Source of the DNA: Podarcis liolepis
Taxonomy: Eukaryota
Direction: 5' to 3' (one strand)
NCBI GenBank assembly: GCA_965112155.1
Contig: OZ218099.1
Length of the DNA stretch: 64,000 bases
The translations under genes were made by a program, and so were the position numbers. The notes under the pieces were generated by a model. That model was not told where the DNA came from. It saw nothing but the letters and a program-made list of their open reading frames with translations, and made no database searches. Of the stretch, positions 39,262 to 51,880 are shown piece after piece (the first letter of the stretch is position 1; each line of letters starts with the position of its first letter).

Positions 39262-40140
39262 TGGTATCTGTCTGTCTTCAGAGACAATGGAATGTGTCTC
39301 CAGTGGTGAAAGCAAACCACTGGGGAATCATAGCGCCTGCTGTGGCTGAAGACTGGTAACTTGTAACTGCTGCCTCCCACATTGTTTGCTGCATTAGCAA
39401 CAACAAAGTGACCTCTCCAGGGCACAAGCCTGAGCAGTGTGTATGGAAGTCCTGGCCTACCCAGACGACAAGGCCCCACTCTCAGCCTTGCTGATGTGGC
39501 CTAAGGAAGGCACAGCCATGCATCTGGCACCAGTTTGGCTGCAGGAGTTTTCGGAAGGAGGCGTACAAAACACCATCCAAATGCCTTAGGAGCTCCACTC
39601 ATGATTTGTGTAGGGTTTCCTCCTTAGCTTTTTCTTCTCCCAAAGATGTCCTGAAATGCAGTGGGTACAGATTTTTTCCTCAGGTTTTACTCCTAAAACT
39701 TTTCTCATGAATGAGTATAGCTGCAAGATAGCAGAGGTTTAGGTCAGAGTTTTCCTTGTAGATGGGTTACCTTCCCAGGTTGATGAGCCCCATCTGCCCC
39801 TCACTTCCCTCTACAGCACATGCACTAACCACCTTATAGACCGAAGAAAGGCTCTGGCAGATTGAATGGACAAGACCAATCTTCGTATGCAGGGAAAGTC
39901 CCTCACTGAGTGTTTGAGACCCATTGGCTGTCCTCACCTGGATTAGATGATCAATCAAAGTTGTTTCCTGGGGGTGTGGCCGCTGTCGCATGTTGACAGC
40001 TTTTAGGAGTCACAGGCGATAGCTGAGTGCAGAGAAGGGACCAAAGGTGAACAAACTACCTCAGAAGGAGCATGGTATGTCCCCCACCTATGGTACTGCC
40101 CCTCCCCTAACACCCTGTGGCCAAGTAGAGTGAAAACAAT
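39262..40140 (-). mobile_element. RTE-clade non-LTR element remnant (internally deleted or SINE-like)
   Basis: Reverse-strand 3' end CCATTGTCTCTGAAGACAGACAGATACC resembles RTE tails; GC-richer 5'-UTR-like block; no intact ORF. Family from recall. Confidence 0.6.
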
Positions 40141-40186
40141 AAGTATGAAAGAATGATGAAAAGGTGCCTGCCATATTTCTCTATGG

Positions 40187-40438
40187 CAGAGGTCATCAAC
40201 CTTTTTCAGCCATGGTCCCTCAGACCATGTGGTGCGCCAGACTATATTTTTTGGGGGAGGGGGGAATGAATGAATTCCTATGCCTCACAAATAACCCGAG
40301 ATGCATTTTAAATAAAAGCACGCATTCTACTCATGTAAAAGCATGCTGATTCCCAGGCCATCCACGGGCCAGATTGAGGAGGCGATTGAGGAGGTGGGGG
40401 ACATATCCAGCCCCTGGGCCTTAGGTTGCCTACCCCTG
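40187..40438. mobile_element. hAT (Charlie-like) MITE
   Basis: TIRs CAGAGGTCATCAACCT / AGGTTGCCTACCCCTG; perfect 8-bp TSD CTCTATGG (40179-40186, 40439-40446). Confidence 0.9.
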
Positions 40439-43075
40439 CTCTATGGTATAGGGAGGATTGAGGGGCCACAGTGAACAGATAAACACAGTAAACAAGGAAA
40501 ACTAGACTGAATCCCAATTTTGGAGCAGAGAAGAAAAGAAAAACCCAGTAATAATGTTCCACACAATACAGAACAAGCTAGTGGGAGTGTCAGCTTATAT
40601 TACAAAAAAGTGAGCTTAGCTTTTAAAATAGATGCAATGTAGACTTTGGTTTTTCAAGGATAGAAAGGTTAAGAGATATTTTTTTTAAGGTGAAAAAGAC
40701 TCATTTGAAAGTTTTACCTTTCAATTCAGTTGAAAACCAGTTAAAAACTAGTCTACTTTATTCAAGCTAAAGTGCAAATTACAGCGTAAAACTACAGGAT
40801 AACATGCACTTTAAAAAGTACTTTCAGTTCAGTATAATATCAGGTAAAAGCTAGTTAGTTTTAATTTTTTTATTTAAAAAAAGTTTTTAAAAGGAAGCTT
40901 CAACAAGAAGGAAGTAATCTTCCACAGGGAGTTAATTCCCCACTAACTTGACACTCATTGTCTACTCCACACTTAATCAAGACCCATTTTCTACTCCCTA
41001 TCTCCAAGGAACTAAATTGACCTAAAAGTTATACTTTGCTCACCACCTTCTGCTGGTGCTTGTCTGGATCCAAAACAAAATATGTAGGAATAACACTCAA
41101 AATGAGAAGAATAATTGCAGGACAACTGTATATGGCAGTGCTATAGCTATTAGACCATCGTGAGCAGAAGAGTAGCTAATTTCGTTTCTGATTTCTTGGG
41201 TTTGGGACATAAATGATTATTTGTGTAAGTATACTCTATGCATGTGTTACAATTTTGTGTTGAAACTCATGGTACCATGTAGATGAGTCGTGCTGTTGTT
41301 TTAAGTACCTAATTAAGGAATATGCAGTTTGCCTAGAAAAGTATTCAAAACAAAAACTTAGGTGTATAAGTAAGACACTTGCAGCATGAGCTTGCTGACC
41401 ACTACCCACATTAATCCACAATGGGGCATTATTGCCAGTTAAGTGTAGCATATCAGTCCTCCAGAAAATGCAAATGCATTCTTCTCTTCCTTTTAACCTA
41501 ATTAAGCCACCCAAGACACATCATGATTTTATCTGGTTTGACAAAGAAACCTTTATGACTGAGGCACTACCAGCACCAGTAGTCACATTAGCACTCATTA
41601 GCATTACTTAAGATTTAGAGCTCACCACCAGACACACAAGCAGCTCTTTTTGTGCACTACATAATCCTGCACTCATCACCCTGGGTAGGAAACTAAGATT
41701 CCCATGAGATGCTGGTGTATAGACCTTTCTCCCACTTTTGTTCTATAAAAAACCCTCCCTTGGGTAGGGATGAGAAATTCGGTTCAGTTTGTATTTTAAT
41801 GTGAACCTACTTAATTATTGCTGGTATAATCATCCTTTTACATCTGTAACAATCTTTGTCTTCTGTAACAAATGCATTTTATTTTATTCTAAATTTTGGC
41901 TTGCTGTCTGATTAAAGACTCGATACAGGTTCCTCCCGTGTACCTGCATTTTCCCGCACATGGAAACAGACAATACTGTAATAGACATGTGCAGCGCAAT
42001 GCTCCATATATGAGAAAGTAAATGTAAACTCCTTGGCAGTTTGTAAAGATGTGGTAAAGATGATCATGAACTGGGTAAACAACCTTGGCATGCATCACTA
42101 TGTAATATATTTTTGGAAGGGATATGTTACTTGAGTGGAGTGCAGACAAGATACTCCCATGCCCCATAGAGGTTTTTGCTGGTGGTTGTGTAGAATAAGC
42201 CTTCATACTGAAGTGAAATGAATTGATGCTGTTGAACATGAAAGCCAGTCATAAGGTGGATGGCAAGTTTCATGTGTACCCCTGCCATGTACTTTTTATA
42301 CACAGCCATTTTGGCTTTGCATTTTAGTATTTATTGGCTGCTGAAAAAGACAAGTTCTGCTATTTAACTTCAGGGACTTTTGTGACAGAGCTACACCAAT
42401 TTTATTCCACGTGAATATGTTGACTTCAGCAGAGTTACATCAGCATGAAACTTGCACAACAGAGGAATAAATCAACCCACAAGATAAGCAGTGTGACTGC
42501 TTTACTGTGTAATTGGCTGTAAGTTTGCATTAGTGTACCTGGGGTGCATCTTTTATGGAAAGACTGAAAAAATAATGGAGGCTGTCCTAGCTTTTATTAC
42601 CTTTTAACTTTTTTTGCTCCCTTAACACAAGGCTGATGGCAGCCGAGCAAATTCTAAGGAAGCTGTAACTTTCAACAGCTGCTCTGTTAAAACCTTATGT
42701 AGCGACATGGAATCTCTGTTGGAGGCCTTCACGTCACCCTGTTGCTTCATGAAGTATTTATTAAATTTACAAAATATGTTGAAGCAGCACATCACTAATT
42801 GATGAGGTTTCTTTGGTTTTCTTTTGTGTAGACTAGGGATATGGGGAAGATCATTTGTGATTCTGGAATAGTACTTGAGAAACAATAACTTGGAGAGATT
42901 ATGCAGGGTATATTACATAATTTTTGCACATGACATTTCTTGCATTCCCTATATAAATTGTTACAAATATTAGGCTGCAACCCTTCACCCAAATCCATGA
43001 TAGAAAGCCCCACTGAACTCCCTGAGTAAACATGCATAATTTGAACTAAAAAACATGAGCTTTGGTCTCTGGAGT

Positions 43076-43900
43076 TAAGAACATAAGAGTTGTGTTGGAT
43101 CAGACCAAATGCATAGCATCCTGTTCTCAAAGTAGCCAACCTAATTTCTGTGGGAAGTCACAAGCATGACTCAACAGTGTTGAGTGTTCCCCAATTCCCA
43201 AGCAACTCGTGTTTAGAGGCATATCATATCTGATACTGGCTGTATATATACTCATCATGATTAGTCACCATTAAGATCAGTTGTGTAATCCCCTTTTTAA
43301 GCTCTCCAAGTTACAGCAGTGCCTCGCAAGACGAAATTAATCCGTTCCGCGAGTTTCTTCGTCTTGCGGTTTTTTCGTCTTGCGAAGCACGGCTATTAGC
43401 GGCTTAGAGGCTATTAGCAGCTTAGCGGCTATTAACGGCTTAGCGGCTATTAACGGCTTAGCGGCTTTAAGAAAAAGGAAACAAACTTGCAAGAACTCGC
43501 AAGACGTTTCGTCTTGCAAAACAAGCCCATAGGGAAATTCGTCTTGCGGAACGACTCAAAAAATGGAAAACTCTTTCGTCTTGCGCGTTTTTCGTCTTGC
43601 GAGGCATTCGTCTTGCGAGGTACCACTGTAGTGAGCATCACTACATTGTGTGGCAGTGAATTCCACTGAATAAGTACTTTGTCTGTCTTGAATCTTCCAA
43701 TATTCAACTTCCCTATATGACCCTAGGTTCCTATATTATGGGACAGGAAGAAAAACATAATACTGTCCACATCATGTCACCCATTACTTGGCCTTTCCCC
43801 CACTTAACTAAAAAACCCCAGATCTTGTAACCTTTCCTCATAGTAATTGTTACTGCCCGGGATGATAATTTGGGTTACCTGGTTTTGCACCCTTCTTAGC
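43076..43900 (-). mobile_element. CR1 LINE 3' fragment interrupted by a MITE
   Basis: TAAGAACATAAGAG..TGGATCAGACCA..AGCATCCTGTTCTC end; CR1-like sequence resumes after the MITE (CATCACTACAT..GGCAGTGAATTCCAC). Confidence 0.7.
43314..43628 (-). mobile_element. Young Tc1/mariner (pogo/Tigger-like) MITE, family B
   Basis: TIRs CAGCAGTGCCTCGCAAGACGAA / TTCGTCTTGCGAGGTACCACTG, TA flanks, 9 copies of CGTCTTGC (both strands), 4 x 18-bp internal tandem repeat. Confidence 0.93.
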
Positions 43901-44418
43901 TCTAAAATATCATGTTCAGATTGCTTAGGAATCATGGCTTCTTGGCTTCTTTGTTTAGGCTGAAGTCTTTGCTGACTTATGTAGGAGTGAGGCCTACTGA
44001 ACTCAGTGGTACTGACTTCTGAGTAGACATGTTTAGGATTGTGCTGTTGGGGTATATGTATACCTCCTTTAATAAAATCTTATTCCAGGACAATTTACAT
44101 TACAATTTGAAATGCAATATGATAACTACCGTAATCACACATATAAGAATAAGAATAATATTCAAAATGCTAAAACCATAAAATGGCTAGCAGTCAAGTA
44201 TTTAAAATTAATTTAAAAAAAATAAAAAAGGTTTTAAGCACAAAACTTGGGAGTGATCATGTCAACTGCCCAATCATCTCCATACAGGAAGACTAATTCT
44301 CTTACAGGCTGTAACTCATTTTAAATGAGAACTCCTTGATGGCTTCAAGGAATTCTTCAGATTCCATCAGCCTCTAGGGGGCAGCATAATAGTTCTTATC
44401 CACTTGCAGAATGAAATA

Positions 44419-44705
44419 CAGTGGTACCTCGCAAGACGAATGCCTCGCAAGACGAAAAACACGCAAGACGAAAGAGTTTTCCGTTTTTTGAGTCGTTCCG
44501 CAAGACGAATTTCCCTATGGGCTTGCTTCGCAAGACGAAATGTCTTGCGAGTTTGATTCCTTTTTCTTAAAGCCGCTAAGCCGTTAATAGCCGCTAAGCC
44601 GTTAATAGCCGCTAAGCCACTAATAGCCGTGCTTCGCAAGACGAAAAAACCGCAAGACGAAGAGACTCGCGGAACGGATTAATTTCGTCTTGCGAGGCAC
44701 CACTG
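44419..44705 (+). mobile_element. Young Tc1/mariner MITE, family B (inverted second copy)
   Basis: TIRs CAGTGGTACCTCGCAAGACGAA / TTCGTCTTGCGAGGCACCACTG, TA flanks; reverse complement of 43314-43628 with 3 rather than 4 18-bp units. Confidence 0.93.
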
Positions 44706-44812
44706 TAGTTGATGCAAGTCTGAACCTCATCAGTAAACGTTTTGACCTTATAAAAGGGGCTAGACAAACCCTTCCATAATTTGTACATTATCCTCGTATC
44801 CTGCAGAAAACA

Positions 44813-45375
44813 CCAGATCAGAGTATAAGCTACTATAAATATAGGGTTGTTGATGCGTTGGACAACCCCGTGAAGATCTGAGCTACTTCAAATGGGGTAG
44901 CCTCAAATACTGAAGCCCCAAAGACAATAATCCTGGGTGTCTGCAATACTAGGTCAGAGACCAACTCAGACTGGGATGTGGTTGGACAGTACAGTGCATG
45001 AACAGAATCCAAACTCTGACACTAAAGCTAGATACAGACACTTGAAATCAGGACCTGGTTTTCTGGTGAGAGAGAGAGAAATTTTGGGGAACTTCCTTCA
45101 TCCTCCTAGGTTTCTCAGGTCAGTAAAAACAGCAGGTTTCAGTATGCTTTCTTAATCACCAAGTGGTCTGTGGTGTGGATGTATATGTCGTCTTTCATTT
45201 GGACATTAAGTCTCCAAAGAATACACATTGCATTGCCATGTTTGTAACATATTTCAAGGCCTTCTTGGAACTAGCGGCAGGGTTAGGCTGGGCTTCAAAT
45301 CTGAAATGTAAAATGGGTCCTGATCATGAATACCAGCTTCCATTCATATAGTGTTTAAAGGACATAATGCCTTGC
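44813..45375 (+). repeat. Presumed donor copy of the segment duplicated at 32290-32839
   Basis: About 96% identical to the reverse complement of 32290-32839; no SINE sequence or TSD at its own ends. Confidence 0.95.
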
Positions 45376-48199
45376 GGCGTGTTTCTTGGTCTTTGGAAAC
45401 AGGAATGGGAGCCAACCTGAAATTCAGGCTTGAAAAATAAAGAGCAGTGTGTTTAAATGTATATATCAACAGTCTTGAAGCCCAAAATGGTTATGCATAT
45501 TCTCTATACCTTTGAAAATTGGTTCATGTTTAAAATTGTCATTTGAACTCGTATCTGAGAACCAGAAAAATATATCTAATATCTTAATATTCATTAGAAT
45601 AATCAAATTCCAACAGTTTCAAACAAATTAAATGTGAAATGATCAAGGTGGGCCAAATATCTTATTTTGCTCAGGCAACAAATAGATTTGGATAATTAGG
45701 CATTTTTGGTTATTTCTATAGAGCACATTGTTGAAATAATTAATTTGTAGGTGTGTTCTTTTGCTGGTCATCTGCAAAGGCTTTCACTATGTAGCTTGCA
45801 TTTCCTCCCCATTTGATTAATTGTTTAAGAGTTAAGGATTATTATTTTTTAGAAAAGAGATGTTATTCCAGATGTTATTCCAGTTTTGTCTGAACAATGT
45901 AAACTTAATTACAGAACTAACTTCAAATGTTCTGATATTTTAAAGAGCATAGGGCATTCCATTTGCTCTTGACATTTCAACACATTTCAGACTTCTAAAG
46001 AGTTAACATTCAGTCTTAGCTTTGTGGATATATGCAGCAAGAGAGCAATACCTTCCACAGAATAATTAGAAGAGGTTATTGTTCTCCATTAGAAAATTCA
46101 GGCACTTAGATTTCATTCACTGACATTTCTTTGGCAAATAATCTCAGCCTCCTACCTGTTCTCTGTAGGCAAGTGATTAGCGGTGCTTATAAACAACGTT
46201 ATATAAAATGTGGCTTAACTATACCTCTCTTGACTAGTAAGGAGATATATGAATCTTTGATTCCATTGGATCAGACTTCACATTATTTGATTTTTTTAAA
46301 AATTAAATCATTGTTTATCTTAGGGATGGGCAATTGCCCTCACAGAGCGTGAGATGTTTAGAATTCCTGAATGGGCATTCCACGTGTGCTTTTATCCACA
46401 CATTTTAGAATGTCATTTTCCTCCCACAACTGTCTCCACCACTCTTCCGTTCTCCACTTTTCCCTGCTCCAGGGGAAGCCTTGTAATTAATGATAGCCAT
46501 AGGTGACAAAGAATTCCATGCAGGTGAGTTTTCCAGTGAAGGAGGGACAGAGCACTTAGTCAACCCTCTGCAGCCAACATAAAAACTAAGTCGGAGAGAG
46601 GAAAACCACCTCCTCTGCACCCAGCATAAAAATGTAGCAGGCTCTCCATCCTTCCTCTGGCAGCCCCCAGCAGATTAGTAGGGTGAGGGGGTTTTTATTT
46701 TATTTTTGCAAGCTAGTAACTCTTGAGGGATTATTTATAGGGTTGCACAATAGTCTCAAAGCTTATCTTGGGCAGGTGAAAGTGGCACAGAGGCCAGGGA
46801 CAGTGACACAGGCGCCTTGCCGACTTTGAGACAGACTTTTTGCATCACCTCACAAAAATTGGATACAAGAATGCTTGTTTGAGCGCCTCATTCAGTTTTT
46901 CAGAATGCTCTTTATCTGGCTCTAGGCCATATGTTAAGTGGGCCTGTATGAAATGGGTTGGGTTTTTTACCATTTGGATTAACATCCTGTTCTTAATTGG
47001 TATGAAAAATAAGAAGTGTACTAAAAACAATATAGCTGTCAGAAAGTAAGCTTATAATAATTCCAGTGACAACAGGATTTTTCATTGATCACTCAATATA
47101 TAAAGCTGTTCTGTATCCAAAAGTGAGATGATTTGACTGCCAGTTGACTTGAGCTTTTTCTTTCATCTATGCATCTTCTTTCAACATCCAACAAACAGCT
47201 GATCAGAAGTCAAAGGACTGTAGGAACTGGAGCAGCCCCACTATCATAATCCACCAATTGTTTGGGAGCAGAGGGAAACAGAGTTTTCTCCCTATAGTTC
47301 TAAGATCTGGAAATATCTAAATTGCAGGCCCAACTAGGGGTGGAACACACAGGTACCAGAAATGGCCACAGAGGGTTGGCTAGGATGATAAAGGTGATGT
47401 GTGATACCAGGTATAGGCAGCAGAGAGTCGTTGCATCAGAACAAGGTTTGCAGCACCAGCAGTAACTCCATGACAGCCACAGATGTTGCAAAGGATCATA
47501 TATATCTGTCTTGATGTCTGCCAGAGTTCCATCCCAAAGAGTTACAAATTTGACTAAAAAGAACAAAAAGTCTGGCAGTCCTATTCCTTTGTATCATACA
47601 CACTGTTACTGTGCAAGAAAAGTCATTACTGTTTCATCCGTAGCTTTGATTTTATGCTTCATTCATGCCATCACAAAATCTCAAGGGGGAGCAGGATTGC
47701 AACCACTTGCCCTGTGCCAGTTAATGTCTGCCTGCTGGTCCTGCTTCTAATGCCTGTACCTTTAGTGGAATGTGAGAATGGGCTCTATAAGCTCAGAACT
47801 ATGCATGTAAGCAGTAATCAACATTGGCCCAATGGGATCTAAAATGGATTATGTGAGGCAGCTTATGCCAGGAATACCTATTGACAGAACAGGCTATTTC
47901 TACAAAAGGCCCAACCACACACCCATGCTAATCTTAAGGAAAACCATTTCAAAATATCAGATTGTTGGTTATAAATTAATCAGCAACAGTGCTTTGGTGG
48001 AGAGTAGGGTCCAGAGCGTCATGCTTGGAGATTGTTGCTCAACACCCTGGCTTTTGACTTACTGAGTTCTACAAAATTTCATCTTGTCTCCTATGCATCT
48101 ACATGAAGCTACTGGTTTCAATTTAGTCTAAAGTGTTACAAAAAATGAATGATAATAAACAAACTTTATTTTTCATCTGATCCTATGGAGATGATAGAA

Positions 48200-48705
48200 G
48201 GCCCTGAGCTAGTGTTTAGGGGCAGTATTAGACTGAATGTGATCAAAGTGAAACTTAATCCTAATAAGCCGGAAGTGCTGTTGGCTGGGGATGTTTTTAT
48301 CTGGTTTTAGGTGGGTTTCATGTTTTGGATGGAGTTGTACTCCACCTTAAGAAACAGGTTTGTAGCTGGCGGGTGCTTCTGGTTCTGCCACTACAACTGG
48401 ATGCCAAAGTTGTAGAGGTGGCTTTGGCAGATTTTGATTTGTTCACCATATGTGACCTTTCCTGGAGAAAACAGTCTAGCTATGGCTATTCATGCCTTAG
48501 TAACATACATCTTGGATTAGTGTAATGTCATCCACATGGGACTACCTTTTAAAAACATCCAGAAACTTCAATTGTTTCAAAATGTGGGCAGCAAAGAATT
48601 AACTGGGACATAATGCATGTTGCATATTTTCTGATATTTTATTATTGGCACTGATTACCAATTTGTTTCTGGGCTCAAATAGTAGTGCTGTTTCTGACCT
48701 TTACA
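48200..48705 (+). mobile_element. Degenerate L2-type LINE fragment
   Basis: GTGAAACTTAATCCTAATAAGCCGGAAGTGCTG (KLNP.K.EVL-like), TTGGATTAGTGTAAT, CAGAAACTTCAATTGTTTCAAAATG. Confidence 0.65.
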
Positions 48706-49692
48706 TTGCAACCCTAATCATGCCTGCTTTGGGGTAAGCCCTATTGTAGTTAGGATTGCAGCCTAAAGGTGCAGTTCAAACTCCTCACCCCCTTCTACAG
48801 GACTTTGCAGCTTGGCAGGGCCACTGCTGAATGTGCAGGCTTGCCGCTCATGGAGATTGCATTTGAACAGGGGAAGGACAACTGCACTGGCTCCAGGCTG
48901 GATTCGATGTTATCATGTGATGGCAGTGAGACCAGCTTGGGAACTACTGGATTCCAGGCTCACCCAGCCTCTCCCTGTCCTAACAACATTCCATTTAATG
49001 GCTTTCTGCTGGCTCTCAGAGGTAGAGATCCTGACAGTGGCCCACCTGCCCAAAAATTTGGTGGCCCACTGGAGGTTAAGGGGCATTTAGATTGCTCTGC
49101 CCGTGTGTGTGCATGTGGTATTTGCTCTATTTTTATATGCTGCCTAGAAAGTGTTCTGTCCTATAAGTGACCTAAAAACATGTTAAATACCATTTTCATG
49201 CCTAAAGAGGATATTTGAGTCATGGTCAGGAACTCAAATGCATGCTGATTTTCAAAACATGTAACTGAAATCTAAGTTTAAAAAAATCTATACATTTTAA
49301 AGTTTAAGAAATAAACAACATATGTCTTAGAGTGTGTAGGAAGGAGCTCTAGGATGCATAACAAGTTAATCAAACTACACCATCAATGTTTGAAGAATTA
49401 TAATGTTGACATTCTGCTTGTATGCTTCACAAGAAGTCGTAGGTAGACAATAACCTTTCATTAAATGTGCAACTAGTTATTCTAATAAAAGTAATCAGAG
49501 TTGGGTGAAGTCATGAATGAGGGTAAGAAGTCATGAAAATGGAAGAAATTTAAAGTAGGTATTTGTCAGGAGCTGGATTCAAGCATAAATCAGCAATAAA
49601 AATATGGTGCCAGTGAGTTAACTCAACCAAAACTGTGCAGGCCTAGTAATCCCAACAACTCTTCCCAGTAGGTTTTGCCCCAATAAGGAAGT

Positions 49693-50180
49693 TGTAAGGA
49701 CTGAACGTCCCCACCTTCCCACAGCTGCTTAAGTCATCTCTCCAGGGTTTTTCCTAAGCAGTGGTAGACTGTGTCTACACACAACCAATCTTTTCCTGCC
49801 GTTTTCATTTTTCTGTGTGTTCTAGGAGACCAGGGGAGAGAGGAGCTGGTCACTTATAGGATAGAACACATCTGTGTGTTCTAGGAGGACCAGGAGAGAG
49901 AGGAGCAAGAGGGGGAGACTCATCAGCCTGCCTCATAGCTGCCTCTTGGCCCCTGTCCTCTCCAGTCTCTTTGCCCCTGAGCCTGGACTGCTCTCTGCCC
50001 CAGCCTCTTCCTGCTCACTAAACCCTGTTGCCCCTTCAGCTTCCAACACCTCCTCTTCCCAGTTTTCTCCCTCTTCTTTGACCACACACGGTTTTCTCAC
50101 CACCGTTCACCTGGCTCTGAGCCTTCTTCCCCTGGAGTTCCCCGACTGGTGCCGCCTCTGTATCCAGCCAGTCCATGACA
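49693..50180 (-). mobile_element. Solo LTR, older
   Basis: TGTAAGGAC...GTCCATGACA termini, GC-rich; TSD degenerate (GAAGT/GTATT); internal ~35-bp duplication TCTGTGTGTTCTAGGAG..AGAGAGGAGC. Confidence 0.7.
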
Positions 50181-50782
50181 GTATTTTAGTGATGGATTTA
50201 TATAGGATAATGTTGTATAATGATATGGTTAATTAAAATCTTAAATTCAGATTTTTGTTTTTTCTTTAATATATATTATTTCTTTAATATATATTATCAA
50301 TCTGAAATATCACAGCTACCTCAAAGTAGCTATTCCTCCTCCTCCTCCTCCTCCTTCTTTTAGTTTGGCTTTTCCTGTTACTGTATGTTGTATAAAGTGT
50401 ACGCAGGATGCATTTAGGTTACATTTTGTATTTATGTGTTTTAAGTACCTGTACAACTTTGGTGGTATTTTTGGTCACACTCTATTCCTACACTCCATCC
50501 CTACTTTTTGGTTCCTCTGATCCCACTTCATATGTTGGGCATGATCACTGGCTTGCTGAGGGTTGTGGGGTGAGGTGGAGCAATTGTAACACGTTGCAAG
50601 TGGCTCTTTCTTGTATATTGCTAAAATTACTAGTGAGATATGTCTTACACAGTTATCACAGAGGATCAAAATACATTAACAGGAGGGATGTATTAAACTG
50701 CAGGATACTATTGTGACTTTAGAATTAGCAGTCATCAATAACACCCCCCCCACACTTTTGCAATTCTCTCCCACTAACCTTT

Positions 50783-50784
<2 letters not shown>

Positions 50785-50822
<38 letters not shown>

Positions 50823-50830
50823 CCCCCCCC
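50785..50830. repeat. (CT)n microsatellite with poly-C
   Basis: Read directly. Confidence 0.95.
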
Positions 50831-51674
50831 CATTTCACACTGCCTTAGCTTAATTTGTCATCTAGTCTCTTTTTAGAAAGCAAACTTCTGTTTCTACTTC
50901 CCATTCCATAATCCATGTCTGGTTGTTTTAACCGTGATTGCCTCAATGACTTCCTATATCTTTCCATTTCGTGTATATCAGTGAGGATTTTGAGTTGTGT
51001 TACTTGTCTCTTAAAGACTACTTCCAGTGTTTTAGCATCATGTTAAAAAGGCTAGTCAGACTTCTGTGCTAGCAGCTTCATTAAAATTCTGTTCTGCACA
51101 TCATCTGACTCACACTTTATAATCTATCAGAACACCTGTTTTCTTTACAATGGCCACAAGGCAGCTCAAAACACTGTGGTATTTAGCATTTAATAATGAG
51201 CACAAGATATGTATTTTTGACACTTAAAAATTTCTTTGGGAAAGTGCATGGAAAAGAGCCAAGTCTGAAGGAACAGCCCTCTCTTCCCATTCTATTAGAT
51301 ATATTTTTAAACCAAACTTCAACCAAACTAATGTGTGAATGAGTAATATTCTTTGTTATTTGTCAGTGGACTTTATTTCAGATTCTTGTAAAAAACTGCA
51401 CAGCTTTTGCTCTAGGAAATCTCCATATGCAAGTAGCGGGGCAGAAATTTTGAGAGATTTTTATCTCCAATTAAATAAAAGATCAAAACAACTATTTACA
51501 TGTAATACATTCCACTTTGAGGATGCTTTAAAACTGAAAAAAAATATTGTCAACATCTGTTGCCTTAGACTTCACTTACTAACAGCAGCAGTGCCTACTG
51601 TTCTTTCTTGTAGTTTTAGGTTAAATTGAAACCTTTTGTATAAAAGTTAGTTTGATGTGTAAGAGCCAACATAC

Positions 51675-51880
51675 TTATTATTATTTGACCCATCTTTAAT
51701 CCAAGGAGTTTAAGATGGCACACATGGTTATTTTCCTACGTACCTGCAAAGCAACTCTGTACAGTAAGTTAGAATGAAAATTACTGTCTGGTCTTAAGTC
51801 ACCCAGTGAGCTTCATGGCTGATTGGGAATTTGAACTCAGACCATCCTGGTCCTAGGGCAAACTGCCAACTACGACATAA
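51675..51880 (-). mobile_element. Old CORE/MIR-like tRNA-SINE
   Basis: AAGTCACCCAGTGAGCTTCATGGCTGA..GGGAATTTGAACTCAG (reverse B-box) and (TTA)n tail. Confidence 0.65.

Noticed and set aside
43325-43620. Regularly recurring TCGTCTTGCG motif resembling a CRISPR-like array
   Set aside because: The motif is 10 bp, irregularly spaced, on both strands and bounded by TIRs with TA flanks in a vertebrate genome; it is MITE substructure.
44797-44811. TATCCTGCAGAAAAC beside the donor resembles the TSD TATTCTGGAAAAC
   Set aside because: It needs a gap and a mismatch, and priming from it would give a direct copy, not the inverted one observed; probably coincidence.
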